A program made the translations under genes and the position numbers. A DNA stretch of 64,000 nt, taken from Moniliella sp. 'wahieum'. Its lineage: Eukaryota. Below, piece by piece: positions 63,076 through 64,000 of the stretch; the first letter of the stretch is position 1; each line of letters begins with the position of its first letter. Under the pieces are notes generated by a model. The model had not been told where the DNA came from, searched no databases, and was given only the letters and a program-made list of their open reading frames with translations. The stretch lies in assembly GCA_003971905.1 (NCBI GenBank), contig RSEE01000049.1, forward strand, positions 186,001-250,000. Reading direction: 5' to 3'.

Positions 63076-63384
63076 TTGTATGGCTCCACCTACATGGTTA
63101 TATTATTGAGAACGTTCAAAGGGAGTTACTGAGCTCCATTACAATCCACCACATCCTCTCCGTTCTGCGCTCACTCAACTGTTTAGCGTAATCCTGTCCA
63201 CCAACGCCACGTAACTTTAGTAACGTAGGATGCTGCTTTAGGAAAATGCCACGCAGACAAAGGGGATGACAAACAAGGTGAATGGCAGTGCGAGCAGGTG
63301 GGGAGTAATTAACAACAATTGACTTGACCGGGGAACTTAGGGGTTATTAAAAAATATTTACTTGGGCGCCCTTTATGCCACGAC

Positions 63385-64000
63385 CTAACCGGCGGGCGAG
63401 AGCATGGGTGTGGGTGACCAGCACACGTCGAAGTTCCGCTTGGTCGTACGGGTCGCGCGTGTGGGATGAACGGGAGAAGGGCGTGGCGATGCCGAGGGAG
63501 AGGAAGGGAAGAGGGAGTGGTGGTCGCCAGGGTGAGGATGGGTCGTGGTGCCGTGACCAAACAACCGGCTGCCTAATGACAGTCTCCGCTTCTTGTGCCC
63601 TCCTCCCACTCCTCCCGGATGCGACATGCGACGCGAGGCAGAGCTCATGCCGTCCATAATGTACGGAAAGGGGAACCCACCCGGGTCCCGCTCACTGCTG
63701 CGGGAGGAGGAAAGTGCGAGCGGACTACTGGGTGTTGTAGGCCCCGAACTGGGTAGCAAAGTAAAACCATCGACTTGGTCCTGCTCCTCGGTTGGATTAC
63801 AAGCCACGTGCACCTTGCGCCCAGACCGTTGAAACTCATCGGCCGCCCAATCTACATCGTTCACAATAACGATTTGGCTGTACGGCTTGGCATGCGCCAA
63901 ACGTACCATGGCATCCACTAGCGTCTCCCCATCTTGCGCTTGGTCCACCTCGGTCGATACATAAAATGTCACCTTGGTCTGGTGAGTGCTTGCTGTGTCC
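63385..64000 (-). CDS. 3' part of a hypothetical protein extending beyond the window
   Basis: Coding-like ORF (TFYVSTEVDQ...SQIVIVNDVDWAADEF...VHVACNP) open towards the window edge. Family not recognised. Confidence 0.45.
   Translation of the reverse strand, partial: DTASTHQTKVTFYVSTEVDQAQDGETLVDAMVRLAHAKPYSQIVIVNDVDWAADEFQRSGRKVHVACNPTEEQDQVDGFTLLPSSGPTTPSSPLALSSSRSSERDPGGFPFPYIMDGMSSASRRMSHPGGVGGGHKKRRLSLGSRLFGHGTTTHPHPGDHHSLFPSSPSASPRPSPVHPTRATRTTKRNFDVCWSPTPMLSPAG

Overview
Eukaryotic, intron-containing, GC-rich fungal DNA, very probably a basidiomycete (GTRNGT donors, CTRAC branch points, basidiomycete-type gene families). Recognisable genes: NOT4, a dynein light chain (LC8), an SPF45-like G-patch/RRM splicing factor, CIA30/NDUFAF1, ASF1, VAC8 and a PAB1-like poly(A)-binding protein. 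Also present are a C2H2 zinc-finger factor, two paralogous DUF6534-like membrane proteins, a Ser/Thr-rich single-pass membrane protein and two secreted proteins. There are four tRNA genes: 2x Pro-CGG with intron, Ala-AGC, and Val-CAC with intron. Mobile DNA comprises two solo LTRs with exact 5-bp TSDs and four 5'-truncated remnants of a non-LTR retrotransposon with a restriction-like endonuclease. Most CDSs carry small frameshifts that look like assembly indel errors. Two unexplained patterns stand out. (1) Intergenic and promoter DNA is densely patterned with a 7-bp-phased grammar T-N-A-[4-bp palindrome]-T-N-A, in which at least 15 of the 16 possible A....T hexamer palindromes appear. (2) A three-copy orphan membrane-protein family (MxTAPYPxDxNTxVHVYR) has every copy next to a tRNA gene, and one copy lies between two tRNA-Pro genes with identical exons.
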